Source: Fastidiosibacter lacustris
GTDB taxonomy: Bacteria > Pseudomonadota > Gammaproteobacteria > Francisellales > Francisellaceae
DNA: 32,000 nt
Assembly (NCBI RefSeq): GCF_003428155.1
Contig: NZ_QLIR01000018.1
Location: 1 to 32,000, forward strand
Direction of reading: 5' to 3'
Part shown: positions 9,114-19,422 of the stretch, piece by piece
How positions within the stretch are numbered: position 1 is the first letter of the stretch
Layout of the letters: each line of letters opens with the position of its first letter
Made by a program: the position numbers and the translations under genes
The notes under the pieces: generated by a model
What the model was told of the DNA's origin: nothing
Database searches by the model: none
Seen by the model: only the letters and a program-made list of their open reading frames with translations

Positions 9114-10147
9114 GAACCTTATTTTTGGATGCGTTGCTTGGCAAGCCCGTTGAACAAACGCCACTTTGGATTATGCGTCAAGCGGGTCGTTACTTGCCTG
9201 AGTATCGTAAAACGCGTGCCAAGTTTAATGACTTTATGCAGATGTGTCGTAATTCTGAGGCTTGCTGTGAAGTGGCTTTACAACCACTAGATCGTTATGA
9301 ACTTGATGCTGCTATTGTTTTCTCGGATATTTTAACCATACCTGAAGCAATGGGTATGGAACTTAAATTTATCTCAAGCAAAGGTCCTGTTTTTCCAACA
9401 CCACTTACCACACAAAAAGATATTGATGGATTGGATGACAAAAATGCGCTAGAAAAACTCAAATATGTGATGGACGCAGTTTCTACTACCAAATTAGCTG
9501 TAAAGAATCGAGTTCCTTTAATTGGTTTTAGTGGTAGTCCTTGGACGCTTGCAGCTTACATGGTTGAAGGTCAAGGGTCAAAGCAATTTACTGAGATTAG
9601 AAAAATGCTCTATAGTGTACCTTTTTTACTCCACACTCTGCTCAAAAAATTAGCTCATATCGTGACTGATTATTTAGATCAACAGATCCAAGCGGGTGCC
9701 GATGCAATCATGATTTTTGATACCTGGGGTGGTGTTTTGACTGAAAAAAGTTATGCACTTTTCTCATTAAATTACATGCGACACATTATTGCTGAACTTA
9801 AAGAACGTCATCCAAATGTGCCTGTTACGCTATTTACTAAAGGGGGTGGTTTATGGTTAGATCAGCTAGTGCAGGTAAACTGCAGTGGCGTGGGGATTGA
9901 CTGGAGTATAGACATAATGCGTGCACGTGGTCTTGTTGCTGACAAAGTTGCCTTACAGGGAAACCTTGACCCAGCTGTGCTTTACGGTGATCATAACAGC
10001 ATTCGTAATCAAGTAAAATATATTGTCGAAAGCCAGAAATGTCATTCTAAATTTGTGTTTAATCTTGGTCATGGTATTTATCCGGACATTGACCCAGATA
10101 AAGTAAAAACAATGGTTAATGCTGTACGTGAGTTTGGCATGAAATAG
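9110..10147 (+). CDS. hemE: Uroporphyrinogen decarboxylase
   Basis: 345 aa. PLWIMRQAGRYLPEYR signature, GFSGSPWTLAAYMVEGQGSK, FNLGHGI. Overlaps lpxL by 4 bp (ATGA). Confidence 0.98.
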   Translation: MRTLFLDALLGKPVEQTPLWIMRQAGRYLPEYRKTRAKFNDFMQMCRNSEACCEVALQPLDRYELDAAIVFSDILTIPEAMGMELKFISSKGPVFPTPLTTQKDIDGLDDKNALEKLKYVMDAVSTTKLAVKNRVPLIGFSGSPWTLAAYMVEGQGSKQFTEIRKMLYSVPFLLHTLLKKLAHIVTDYLDQQIQAGADAIMIFDTWGGVLTEKSYALFSLNYMRHIIAELKERHPNVPVTLFTKGGGLWLDQLVQVNCSGVGIDWSIDIMRARGLVADKVALQGNLDPAVLYGDHNSIRNQVKYIVESQKCHSKFVFNLGHGIYPDIDPDKVKTMVNAVREFGMK

Positions 10148-10209
10148 AAAAACGACTAACTTTAACAATTATTAGCGTTCTTAACAAACAAAATAACAAC
10201 TGAGTTAAT

Positions 10210-11922
10210 ATGAAAAGAGTAAAACGATTTGAATTTAAGCGCAATCCAGAAACAGGTGAGATGTGGGTTGAAACAGACTTGCAAGGCAAGAGCTTATTAA
10301 CACTACCTTCCTTAAATAAAGGAACGGCTTTCTCAGAGCGTGAGCGTGAAGAGTTTGGACTCTTGGGTAAGCTACCTTTCCAGATTGAATCATTAGAAGA
10401 GCAAAAAACACGTGCTTATCAACAGTACAAATCTTTTCGCAGCAATATTGGGCGCCATAGTTTTTTAAAGAACCTGCATAATATCAATGAAACTTTGTTT
10501 TATCGCTTAGTGCGTGATAATTTAAATGAGATGTTGCCTATTATCTATACGCCAACTGTAGGTGAAGCAGTCATGCACTATAGTGAAAAATTCTTATCAC
10601 CTAGGGGTTTATATGTTGCCTATCCTGATCGCTATAAAATGCGAGAGATTTTACATAATCGTACTAACTCCGATATCGATATTATAGTTGTCAGCGATGC
10701 TGAAGGGGTGCTTGGTATAGGTGACCAAGGTGTTGGAGGTATTGAAATTCCTGTTGCTAAACTCATGGTTTATACCTTATGCGCTGGAATTAATCCTGGT
10801 AGATATTTACCTGTTTTTTTGGATGCTGGAACTAATAACAAGCATCTGCTTGAAGATCCTTTATATCTTGGGTGGCGACATGAACGTGTGCGTGGTGAAA
10901 AGTATGATGAAATGGTTCAGTTGTTTATTGAGGCGGTCAAAGCCGAAATGCCTGATACATTTTTGCACTGGGAGGATTTTGGACGAGACAACGCACGTAA
11001 AAATTTACTCAAATACCAAAATGAAATCTGTAGCTTTAATGATGATATGCAAGGTACAGCTGCAGTTGCACTAGCCGCATTAATTTCAGCTTCCAAACAT
11101 GCGAATATTGAGTTTTGTGATCAAAAATTTGTCATTTTTGGTTCAGGGACCGCGGGGATTGGAATTGCGGATGAAATTGTGAACGCTTTGGTTCGTTTAG
11201 GGTTTACCAAGCAGCAAGCTTATGATCATTTTTGGTGTATTGATAAAGATGGACTTCTCATCGACGATCAGCAAATGATGGATTTCCAGCGTCCTTATGC
11301 GCGCACGCGCGAATTAGTGAAAGACTGGTCACACGATGAACAAGGCCGCATTTCACTTCTTGAAGTTGTTAAACAAGCTAAACCGACTACCCTTATTGGT
11401 TGTTCTAGTGTCGCCAACGCCTTTAGTGATGACGTCATCCTTGAAATGGCAGACAACATTGAGCGCCCAATTATTTTTACCCTTTCTAATCCCACCAGTC
11501 GATGTGAGCGTATCCCACAAGACATTATTCGTTTAACTGAAGGTCGGGCTTTAATTGCAACGGGTAGTCCTTTTGATGACGTTGGCTACAAAGGTAAGGT
11601 ATATCGCATTGCGCAATCTAACAATGCACTTGTTTTTCCTGGAATTGGTCTAGGTATTGTTGCCATTCAAGCCAAACGGTTTACTGAAAATATGCTATGG
11701 GCAGCCTGTAAAGCTTTGGCAAATTATTCTACGCAAGATGACGATGCGTTGTTACCAAAGCTAAGTGAAGCATATAGCGTGAGTCGTCAAGTTGCTTTTG
11801 CTGTTGCTCGTCAAGCTATTGAAGATGGTGTTGCTGAAGATGTTGATGATATTTGGCGCAAGATTGATCATGTAATTTGGGAACCAAAATATTATCCATA
11901 TTATGTCTTTAAAGAAAACTGA
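10210..11922 (+). CDS. maeA: NAD-dependent malic enzyme
   Basis: 570 aa. FRSNIGRHSFLKNLHNINETLFYRL, PTVGEAV, FNDDMQGTAAVALAALI, FGSGTAGIGIADEI, ALSNPTSRCE. Confidence 0.96.
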   Translation: MKRVKRFEFKRNPETGEMWVETDLQGKSLLTLPSLNKGTAFSEREREEFGLLGKLPFQIESLEEQKTRAYQQYKSFRSNIGRHSFLKNLHNINETLFYRLVRDNLNEMLPIIYTPTVGEAVMHYSEKFLSPRGLYVAYPDRYKMREILHNRTNSDIDIIVVSDAEGVLGIGDQGVGGIEIPVAKLMVYTLCAGINPGRYLPVFLDAGTNNKHLLEDPLYLGWRHERVRGEKYDEMVQLFIEAVKAEMPDTFLHWEDFGRDNARKNLLKYQNEICSFNDDMQGTAAVALAALISASKHANIEFCDQKFVIFGSGTAGIGIADEIVNALVRLGFTKQQAYDHFWCIDKDGLLIDDQQMMDFQRPYARTRELVKDWSHDEQGRISLLEVVKQAKPTTLIGCSSVANAFSDDVILEMADNIERPIIFTLSNPTSRCERIPQDIIRLTEGRALIATGSPFDDVGYKGKVYRIAQSNNALVFPGIGLGIVAIQAKRFTENMLWAACKALANYSTQDDDALLPKLSEAYSVSRQVAFAVARQAIEDGVAEDVDDIWRKIDHVIWEPKYYPYYVFKEN

Positions 11923-12064
11923 TTTTAAAAACGTTGTCAAAACAATTTGCGTGTAATCGAAAGTGTAGCAACTTTTGCTTAATAGAGAGGAGTAAAACTG
12001 CTTAACCATTTCAAGCAAGATGTGCATAATATTAAGCGTTTTAAATAAACAAACGAATTTAGTT

Positions 12065-13405
12065 ATGGCAAAAAGATATTTTGGTACCGATGGCGTGCGC
12101 GGGGAAGTAGGAAAATCACCAATGACAGTTGAGTTTGCAACAAAGCTTGGCAACGCAGTTGGTCAAGTATTACAAAACGCTAATCAAAAAAAAATAAAAG
12201 TGGTGATAGGACAGGATACCAGGCGTTCATCCGATATGTTAAAAACAGCTTTTATTGCAGGTATCACCGCCACAGGCGTCGATGTGATCAATCTGGGTGT
12301 GGTGCCAACTCCGGTTGTCGCATTCATGGTGAGTGAGCTTGATGCTGATGCAGGCGTAGTGTTAAGCGCGTCACATAATCCATATTATGACAATGGAATT
12401 AAGCTTTTCTCTAAAAAAGGGTATAAGTTAGCAGACGAGTTTGAATATGAGATTGAGCAGTATATTGATAATGACTTTTTTTACTATCATCCACAAGGTA
12501 AATTTGGTGAGATGTCTAGTCAAGTCAATCAAATCGAGCCATATATTGTACATTGCTTGAAACACTTTACTGATAAAATTAACTTAGCAGATAAAAAAAT
12601 TATCTTAGATTGCGCTAATGGTGCGCTTTATCGTACAGCACGTGAAGTATTTAAGTGTTTAGAACTTAATGTAATTGAGATCGCATCAAAACCAGATGGC
12701 TTAAATATCAATAAAAATTGTGGTGCAGTTCACCTTGATGCTTTAAAAACTGCGGTAGTCAATGAGTTTGCTGATCTTGGTATTGCATTTGATGGTGATG
12801 GTGATAGGTTAATGCTGGTGGATGAATCAGGTTGTGTAGTCGACGGTGATGATATCTTATTGTTGCTTGCAAGATATCCAGCGATTAGTCAAAGTGACAA
12901 TGGTATCGTTGGTACGGTGATGACAAATTTAGCAATTGAGCAGCAGCTGGCTAAGCTAAATATTGTGTTTGAGCGTGCCAAGGTTGGAGATCGTTATGTA
13001 ATGGAAAAGCTATTACAAAATAACTGGATGTTGGGTGGAGAGTCATCAGGACACATTATTAATTTACATTACAATACAACGGGTGATGGTTTGATGGCAG
13101 CCTTGCAAGTGTTGGCGATTTTAAGTCAAACTAATCAGAGTTTATCAAGCTTAATTGATGTGCAAAAAATGCCGCAGGCGATGATCAACGTACCGTTAAC
13201 AAGGAAACTAGATGCCAATGACATGAGTTTGTTAATAGAAGATGTAAGCTTTACTGAAAAAGCCTTGGCAGAAGATGGACGCGTGGTATTGAGACCCTCT
13301 GGAACAGAGCCCGTATTAAGGGTTATGGTTGAAGCAAAGTCGCAAGAGCTGGCTGTGGAATGGGTGAATTATTTGGTTGAGAAAGTTAAACAAAAGATTA
13401 AATAG
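12065..13405 (+). CDS. glmM: Phosphoglucosamine mutase
   Basis: MAKRYFGTDGVRGEVG start at 12065 (the track ORF opens earlier at 12020). Active-site VLSASHNPYYDNGIKLFS, AFDGDGDRLMLVDE, GGESSGHII, VVLRPSGTEPVLRVMVEA. Confidence 0.97.
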   Translation: MAKRYFGTDGVRGEVGKSPMTVEFATKLGNAVGQVLQNANQKKIKVVIGQDTRRSSDMLKTAFIAGITATGVDVINLGVVPTPVVAFMVSELDADAGVVLSASHNPYYDNGIKLFSKKGYKLADEFEYEIEQYIDNDFFYYHPQGKFGEMSSQVNQIEPYIVHCLKHFTDKINLADKKIILDCANGALYRTAREVFKCLELNVIEIASKPDGLNINKNCGAVHLDALKTAVVNEFADLGIAFDGDGDRLMLVDESGCVVDGDDILLLLARYPAISQSDNGIVGTVMTNLAIEQQLAKLNIVFERAKVGDRYVMEKLLQNNWMLGGESSGHIINLHYNTTGDGLMAALQVLAILSQTNQSLSSLIDVQKMPQAMINVPLTRKLDANDMSLLIEDVSFTEKALAEDGRVVLRPSGTEPVLRVMVEAKSQELAVEWVNYLVEKVKQKIK

Positions 13406-13417
13406 TTGGAGTTGAGT

Positions 13418-14170
13418 ATGAGAAGACAAATTATTATTGGAAACTGGAAAATGAACGGTTCGTTGTTATCCATAAAAAGCTTGTGTGAATCATTAACTAA
13501 ACTCGCACATGAGTCAGACGTGGCAGATATTGCAGTGTGTGTGCCCAGCATTTATTTACCTTATGTGCAAACTAATCTTAAAAACATATGTTTGGGCGTA
13601 CAAAACGTAAGCCAATATAACAATGGTGCATATACGGGAGAAATTAGCACAACGATGTTACAAGACTTTAATTGTCGATATGTCATCGTCGGTCATTCTG
13701 AGCGCAGAGCATTTTTTGGAGAAACAGATGAAGATATTGCCAATAAGACCAAGCAAGTAGTGCAAGCAGGTTTAACGGCTATTGTTTGTGTTGGTGAAAC
13801 ATTGGAGGAGCGTACAACGGGTAATTTACAGTCAATTTTAGCCAGACAATTACAAGTCGTATTAAATAAATTATCGACAAAAGAGCTTGAAAAACTGATT
13901 ATTGCCTATGAACCTGTCTGGGCAATTGGCACGGGTTTAGCAGCAACAGCCCATCAAGTTCAAGATGTGCATCGCTATTTGCGCAAGATTGTCACAAACT
14001 TTGATGAAGAGCTTGCTAAAAACATCAAAATTATATATGGTGGCAGCCTAAAACCATCTAACGCAAGTGAACTACTAAGCTTGGAAGATGTAGATGGTGG
14101 GTTAATAGGTGGTGCTTCTTTGAACGGGAAGGACTTTGGTCAAATTATTAAGCAGGCAAAAAAAATATAA
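13418..14170 (+). CDS. tpiA: Triosephosphate isomerase
   Basis: MRRQIIIGNWKMNG, YVIVGHSERRAFFGETDE, AYEPVWAIGTGLAAT, IIYGGSLKPSNASELL, DGGLIGGASL. ATG at 13418 preferred over the TTG at 13406. Confidence 0.97.
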   Translation: MRRQIIIGNWKMNGSLLSIKSLCESLTKLAHESDVADIAVCVPSIYLPYVQTNLKNICLGVQNVSQYNNGAYTGEISTTMLQDFNCRYVIVGHSERRAFFGETDEDIANKTKQVVQAGLTAIVCVGETLEERTTGNLQSILARQLQVVLNKLSTKELEKLIIAYEPVWAIGTGLAATAHQVQDVHRYLRKIVTNFDEELAKNIKIIYGGSLKPSNASELLSLEDVDGGLIGGASLNGKDFGQIIKQAKKI

Positions 14171-14640
14171 TGTTAGCATTGGTTATAACCATACATATAA
14201 TTGTTGCTGTTCTAATCGTAGGATTGATTTTATTACAGCAAGGCAAGGGCGCAACTATGGGAGCATCCTTTGGTTCAGGAGCATCACAAACTATTTTTGG
14301 AAGCAGAGGCGCGGCCCCTTTTATGTTTAAGCTTACTGCATTTTTAGTAGCAATTTTCTTTGTCACAAGTGTTGGTTTAAGCTATATTGGCAAACGTACA
14401 GCTGAGAATAGAGCATTGGCTGGTCAATCTTCAGCGGGTGTGACTCAAGCGGATTATCAAAAGCAGCAAGCTCAACAGCAAGCGCTCATTGACCAAGCAA
14501 AAGCAACAGTTGAGAAGCAAACTCCAAAACCTGATTCATTAAATATGAATGACTTATTGCAAACCTCAGCAGTTACTACTGATAAAACACCTAAAGATGC
14601 TACTTACAAAAAACCCTCAGAAAGTGAAAAACACCTGTAA
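14170..14640 (+). CDS. secG: Preprotein translocase subunit SecG
   Basis: 156 aa. Two TM helices with the typical LILLQQGKGATMGASFGSGASQTIFGSRG and a hydrophilic C-terminal tail. Confidence 0.95.
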   Translation: MLALVITIHIIVAVLIVGLILLQQGKGATMGASFGSGASQTIFGSRGAAPFMFKLTAFLVAIFFVTSVGLSYIGKRTAENRALAGQSSAGVTQADYQKQQAQQQALIDQAKATVEKQTPKPDSLNMNDLLQTSAVTTDKTPKDATYKKPSESEKHL

Positions 14641-14677
14641 AAGTTAAAGGTTCAGCTGCCTCGAAATAAGTTTTATT

Positions 14678-14763
14678 GCCAAAGTGGTGGAATTGGTAGA
14701 CACGCCATCTTGAGGGGGTGGTGAGTATCACTCGTGCGGGTTCGAGTCCCGCCTTTGGCACCA
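14678..14763 (+). tRNA. tRNA-Leu (anticodon GAG)
   Basis: GCCAAAGTGGTGGAATTGGTAGACACGCCATCTTGAGGGGGTGGTGAGTATCACTCGTGCGGGTTCGAGTCCCGCCTTTGGCACCA. Class II tRNA with long variable arm, acceptor GCCAAAG/CTTTGGC, encoded CCA. Confidence 0.96.
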
Positions 14764-14783
14764 AAAAATAAAAGGAAATAAGC

Positions 14784-15182
14784 ATGTTGCAATATAGTGT
14801 GTACCATGAGTTTTTACCGATTTTAATCTTTTTTATTATCGCCATATGTATTGCAATCGCAATGGCTGTAGGTGGTAAAGTTCTTTCCATTATCGTTGGA
14901 GTACATAAACCTAATCCGGAAAAAAATGCACCTTTTGAGTGTGGGTTCTCTGAGTTTGAAGATGCGCGCATCAAATTTGATGTGCGTTTTTATTTAGTGG
15001 CAATACTCTTCTTAGTCTTTGATTTAGAGGTCGCATTTATGATTCCATGGGGGGTGCTTGTCAGGGACAGTGCAGCAGGTGGCATATCTTGGGCTGCTTT
15101 TATTGCGATGATGGTTTTCTTATTTATCTTACTCGTAGGTTTTATCTATGAATGGAAAAAAGGAGCGCTAGAATGGGAGTAG
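14784..15182 (+). CDS. nuoA: NADH-quinone oxidoreductase subunit A
   Basis: 132 aa. [48 protein letters not shown]. Confidence 0.97.
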   Translation: MLQYSVYHEFLPILIFFIIAICIAIAMAVGGKVLSIIVGVHKPNPEKNAPFECGFSEFEDARIKFDVRFYLVAILFLVFDLEVAFMIPWGVLVRDSAAGGISWAAFIAMMVFLFILLVGFIYEWKKGALEWE

Positions 15183-15658
15183 AAGAAAACTTAAATAGTA
15201 ATAAAGGCTTTATTACTGCCAGTGCTGATTCTTTGGTTAACTGGGTGCGCACAGGTTCTTTGTGGCCAGTGACATTTGGTTTGGCTTGTTGTGCGGTTGA
15301 AATGATGCATTCAGGTGCATCGCGATATGATCTAGATCGTTTTGGTATTGTATTTCGTCCTAGTCCCCGTCAATCAGATGTGTTAATCGTTGCTGGCACC
15401 TTGTGTAATAAAATGGCACCCGCTTTACGTAAAGTATATGAGCAAATGCCAGACCCAAAATGGGTGATTTCGATGGGGTCGTGTGCTAATGGTGGTGGCT
15501 ATTACCATTATTCTTATTCTGTCGTTAGAGGTTGTGACCGTATTATGCCAGTTGATATTTATGTTCCTGGTTGTCCACCAACCGCGGAAGCACTTATTTA
15601 TGGTATTATTCAATTGCAAAATAAGATCAAACGAACCAATACGATTGCGAGGAAATAA
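15173..15658 (+). CDS. nuoB: NADH-quinone oxidoreductase subunit B
   Basis: [105 protein letters not shown] 15173 overlaps the nuoA stop. Confidence 0.97.
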   Translation: MGVEENLNSNKGFITASADSLVNWVRTGSLWPVTFGLACCAVEMMHSGASRYDLDRFGIVFRPSPRQSDVLIVAGTLCNKMAPALRKVYEQMPDPKWVISMGSCANGGGYYHYSYSVVRGCDRIMPVDIYVPGCPPTAEALIYGIIQLQNKIKRTNTIARK

Positions 15659-15660
15659 CG

Positions 15661-16329
15661 ATGTCCTTAACGCAGGAATTTATTGATGATTTAACAAAAG
15701 ACTTTGGTGGAAAGTTAGTCTCTATCACTTATGCTTATGGAGAATTTACTGCTGAGGTTCATAAATCAAACCTGATTAAGGTGATGACGCGTTTAAAGAA
15801 TATATTTAAGTTTGAACAATTAATCGATATATCAGGCGTGGATTATCTTTGTTATGGTGAAGATGAATGGAAAACAGAAAGTTCTACCAGTACTGGTTTT
15901 TCGCGTGGAATGGTAACAGGCGAGCTTTTACACAAAAAACTCAACAAAGGTAAAAAGCGTTTTGCAGTTGTGTATCATTTGATGAGTTTGGCGCTTAATA
16001 TTCGTCTACGTATTAAAGTATTTTTAGATGAACATGATTTGATGTTGCCCAGCGTAGTTGACATATGGTCTTCAGCAAATTGGAATGAGCGCGAGGCTTT
16101 TGACATGTTTGGTTTTGTTTTTATTGGTCATCCTGATTTGCGTCGTATTCTGACTGATTACGGCTTTGTGGGTTACCCCTTTAGAAAAGACTTTCCGCAA
16201 AGTGGCTATGTTGAGATGCGTTATGACGAAGTGCAAAAACGTGTGGTGTATGAACCCGTTGAAATTGATCCGCGTATCAACACACCAAAGGTTATCCGTC
16301 AAGATAATCGCTATTTAAATGAACAATAA
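15661..16329 (+). CDS. nuoC: NADH-quinone oxidoreductase subunit C (30 kDa subunit)
   Basis: 222 aa. [49 protein letters not shown]. Confidence 0.97.
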   Translation: MSLTQEFIDDLTKDFGGKLVSITYAYGEFTAEVHKSNLIKVMTRLKNIFKFEQLIDISGVDYLCYGEDEWKTESSTSTGFSRGMVTGELLHKKLNKGKKRFAVVYHLMSLALNIRLRIKVFLDEHDLMLPSVVDIWSSANWNEREAFDMFGFVFIGHPDLRRILTDYGFVGYPFRKDFPQSGYVEMRYDEVQKRVVYEPVEIDPRINTPKVIRQDNRYLNEQ

Positions 16330-16341
16330 TTGAGCGTTGTT

Positions 16342-17595
16342 ATGGCAGAATTTAAAAACTATACAATGAACTTTGGTCCAGTGCATCCAGCCGCACATGG
16401 CGTGTTGCGTTTGGTTTTAGAACTAGACGGTGAAGTCGTTGTTCGCGCTGATCCACACATTGGTCTTTTACACCGTGGCACCGAGAAACTTGCAGAATCT
16501 AAACCATATAATCAAAGTATTGGCTATATGGATCGCTTAGACTATGTTTCAATGATGTGTAATGAGCATGCCTATGTATTGGCAATTGAAAAGCTTTTGG
16601 TTATTGAAGTGCCTAAACGTGCTCAATACATTCGAGTGATGTTTGCCGAGATTACGCGTATTTTAAATCACTTATTGTGGACGGCAGCAAATAGTCTTGA
16701 CTTAGGTGCAATGACGATGTTCTTATATGCGTTTCGTGAGCGTGAAGACTTGTTTGATTGCTATGAAGCAGTATCAGGAGCAAGAATGCATGCAACTTAC
16801 TTTCGCCCTGGCGGAGTGGTGCGTGATCTACCGTTGCAAATGCCAAAATATGAGAAATCTCGTTTTACTTCTAAACGTAAACTCAAAGCAATTAATAAAA
16901 ATCGCCAAGCTTCTCTCTTAGACTTTATTTGGGATTTTACGGAACGCTTTCCAAAATGTATTGATGAGTATGAAAATCTTTTAACCAATAATCGAATTTG
17001 GAAGCAGCGTACAGTTGGTATTGGGGTGGTTAGCGCTGAACGAGCAAAAGCATTAGGCTTTGGAGGCCCTATGCTTAGAGCTTCAGGTATCGCCTGGGAT
17101 TTGCGTAAAAAGCAACCATATGATGTTTATGATGAGGTGGAATTTGATATTCCGATTGGCAGTCATGGTGACTGCTATGATCGTTATTTAGTGCGCATGG
17201 CTGAGATGCGTGAATCAAATAAAATCATTCGTCAGTGTGTGAAATGGTTGCGTGAAAACGAAGGACCTGTAATGACGCCAAACCATAAGGTAACACCGCC
17301 TAAGCGTGACGAAATGAAAAACGGTATGGAAGCCTTGATTCACCATTTTAAACTGTTCTCCGAAGGCTATTGTGTGCCAGAAGGTGAAGTGTACGTAGGG
17401 ACAGAGCATCCGAAGGGTGAGTTTGGCATTTATTTAGTATCAGATGGTGCAAATAAACCCTATCGTGTCAAAATACGTGCACCAAGTTTTACTCATTTAA
17501 GTTCAATGAATGAAATGTTAAGTGGTCATATGTTGTCAGATGTACCAGCCATTATTGCCACGCAAGATATCGTATTTGGCGATGTAGATAGATAA
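16342..17595 (+). CDS. nuoD: NADH-quinone oxidoreductase subunit D (49 kDa subunit)
   Basis: [67 protein letters not shown]. Separate ORF, not fused to nuoC. The track ORF opens at 16330; ATG 16342 is likely. Confidence 0.97.
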   Translation: MAEFKNYTMNFGPVHPAAHGVLRLVLELDGEVVVRADPHIGLLHRGTEKLAESKPYNQSIGYMDRLDYVSMMCNEHAYVLAIEKLLVIEVPKRAQYIRVMFAEITRILNHLLWTAANSLDLGAMTMFLYAFREREDLFDCYEAVSGARMHATYFRPGGVVRDLPLQMPKYEKSRFTSKRKLKAINKNRQASLLDFIWDFTERFPKCIDEYENLLTNNRIWKQRTVGIGVVSAERAKALGFGGPMLRASGIAWDLRKKQPYDVYDEVEFDIPIGSHGDCYDRYLVRMAEMRESNKIIRQCVKWLRENEGPVMTPNHKVTPPKRDEMKNGMEALIHHFKLFSEGYCVPEGEVYVGTEHPKGEFGIYLVSDGANKPYRVKIRAPSFTHLSSMNEMLSGHMLSDVPAIIATQDIVFGDVDR

Positions 17596-17608
17596 TTGGG
17601 ATTGCCAT

Positions 17609-18100
17609 ATGTTAGAAAAAAAACAAATTTTTCCAGGTCACATTACTGAGTTGCTAGAAAACTGGGAAAAACGTTACCCAAAAGATCAACAAAGATCGGT
17701 GATTATTCCAGGTTTGCATATATTGCAGGACCATAACAACGGCTATTTGACGATAGAGCTCATGGATAAATTGGCGCAATATTTGTCTGTTCCTGTAGCA
17801 CATGTTTATGAAGTGGCAACTTTCTACAGTATGTATGATTTACAAAAAGTAGGTCGGCATAAGCTTAATGTGTGCACAAATTTATCTTGTATGCTCAATG
17901 GTGCTAAAAAAATTATGACGCATATTGAAAATCGATTGGGCATCAAAGCAGGTGAAACAACGCCTGACGGGCGTATAACACTTAAGTCTGTTGAGTGCCA
18001 AGGTGCTTGCTGTGGTGCGCCCATGCTTGAAGTTGATAAGGTTTTTTATGAAAATCTAACGATCGGAAAAGTTGATCAATTACTAGATTCTTTGGAGTAG
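17609..18100 (+). CDS. nuoE: NADH-quinone oxidoreductase subunit E
   Basis: 163 aa. [2Fe-2S] motif CTNLSCMLNGA ... SVECQGACCGAPML. Confidence 0.96.
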   Translation: MLEKKQIFPGHITELLENWEKRYPKDQQRSVIIPGLHILQDHNNGYLTIELMDKLAQYLSVPVAHVYEVATFYSMYDLQKVGRHKLNVCTNLSCMLNGAKKIMTHIENRLGIKAGETTPDGRITLKSVECQGACCGAPMLEVDKVFYENLTIGKVDQLLDSLE

Positions 18101-18103
18101 CAA

Positions 18104-19375
18104 ATGGCGAATGAAGTTTGTTTTAGAACACTCCACCTTGAGCGACCTTGGTCGCTTAAATCATATGAGTCAGTTGGTGGTTACTCATATTGGAAGAAGA
18201 TTTTAGATGAGAAAATCCCACCTGAACAGATTATTGAAGAGCTCAAAAAATCTGGACTGCGTGGTCGCGGTGGAGCGGGTTTCCCTGCTGGACTTAAGTG
18301 GAGTTTTATGCCACGTAACTTACCAGGGCAAAAATATGTTGTTTGTAATTCAGATGAAGGAGAACCAGGTACGTGCAAAGATCGTGAAATCCTGCGCAAC
18401 AATCCCCATCAATTGATTGAAGGCATGGCAATTGCAGGTTATGCCACGGGTGCAAGTGTTGGTTACAATTATATTCGTGGTGAGTTTTATGAACCGATTG
18501 CACGTTTTGAAGCTGCACTCAATGAAGCAAGAGCGATGGGGTTAATTGGTTTTAACATAAGAAGCTCTGGGATTGATTTTAACCTTTATTGTTCCATTGG
18601 AGCAGGTGCCTATATTTGTGGTGAAGAAACTGCACTTTTAAACTCCTTAGAGGGTAAGAAAGGTCAGCCTCGATTTAAGCCACCATTTCCTGCGAATAAA
18701 GGCTTATATGGTTGTCCGACTAATATCAATAATACTGAAACCTATGCTTCAGTTCCACCGATTCTAGAACATGGTGGAGAGTGGTTTCAGAAACTCGGTA
18801 CTGAGAAAAGTGGTGGTACCAAGCTTTTTTGTGTATCAGGTCACGTTAATCAACCAGGGGTATTTGAGGTAGGCTTAGGTATTCCATTTAAAGACTTGTT
18901 GGCAATGGCAGGTGGTGTTCGTAGTGGTAAAAAGATTAAAGCAGTTATTCCAGGTGGAAGTTCCTGTAAAATTTTGACGGGTGAAGAAATGCTTGCACTG
19001 ACGATGGACTATGAAGCAATTGCTCAGGCAGGCTCTATGCTGGGATCAGGTGCGGTAGTCGTCTTAGATGAAGATACGTGCATGGTTGAGCTTCTAGCAC
19101 GGTTGGCCGATTTTTATTATGAAGAATCATGTGGTCAGTGTACCCCATGTAGAGAAGGGACAGGTTGGATGGCGCGTACACTTGAGCGAATATTGCACGG
19201 TGAAGGCAGATTAGAGGATATTAATAACTTGATTCGTGTGGCCTCCAATATTGAAGGAAATACGATTTGTGGTTTGGGTGATGCAGCAGCTTGGCCGGTC
19301 CAAAGTTACCTTAAGAAATTCAGACATGAATTTGAATATATGATTGAGAATAAACGTAGTATTGTCGCGGTTTAG
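18104..19375 (+). CDS. nuoF: NADH-quinone oxidoreductase subunit F
   Basis: 423 aa. [60 protein letters not shown]. Confidence 0.98.
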   Translation: MANEVCFRTLHLERPWSLKSYESVGGYSYWKKILDEKIPPEQIIEELKKSGLRGRGGAGFPAGLKWSFMPRNLPGQKYVVCNSDEGEPGTCKDREILRNNPHQLIEGMAIAGYATGASVGYNYIRGEFYEPIARFEAALNEARAMGLIGFNIRSSGIDFNLYCSIGAGAYICGEETALLNSLEGKKGQPRFKPPFPANKGLYGCPTNINNTETYASVPPILEHGGEWFQKLGTEKSGGTKLFCVSGHVNQPGVFEVGLGIPFKDLLAMAGGVRSGKKIKAVIPGGSSCKILTGEEMLALTMDYEAIAQAGSMLGSGAVVVLDEDTCMVELLARLADFYYEESCGQCTPCREGTGWMARTLERILHGEGRLEDINNLIRVASNIEGNTICGLGDAAAWPVQSYLKKFRHEFEYMIENKRSIVAV

Positions 19376-19422
19376 ATAATTTTGAGTAAGAAGAATTTAA
19401 AGTAAAGTTAAGGGTGAGTCCC

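Noticed and set aside
11295-11525. Short ORFs overlapping maeA on both strands (11295-11525, 11336-11536) and 11761-12153
   Set aside because: Out-of-frame or antisense to a strong malic enzyme gene, with no domain-like features or RBS support.
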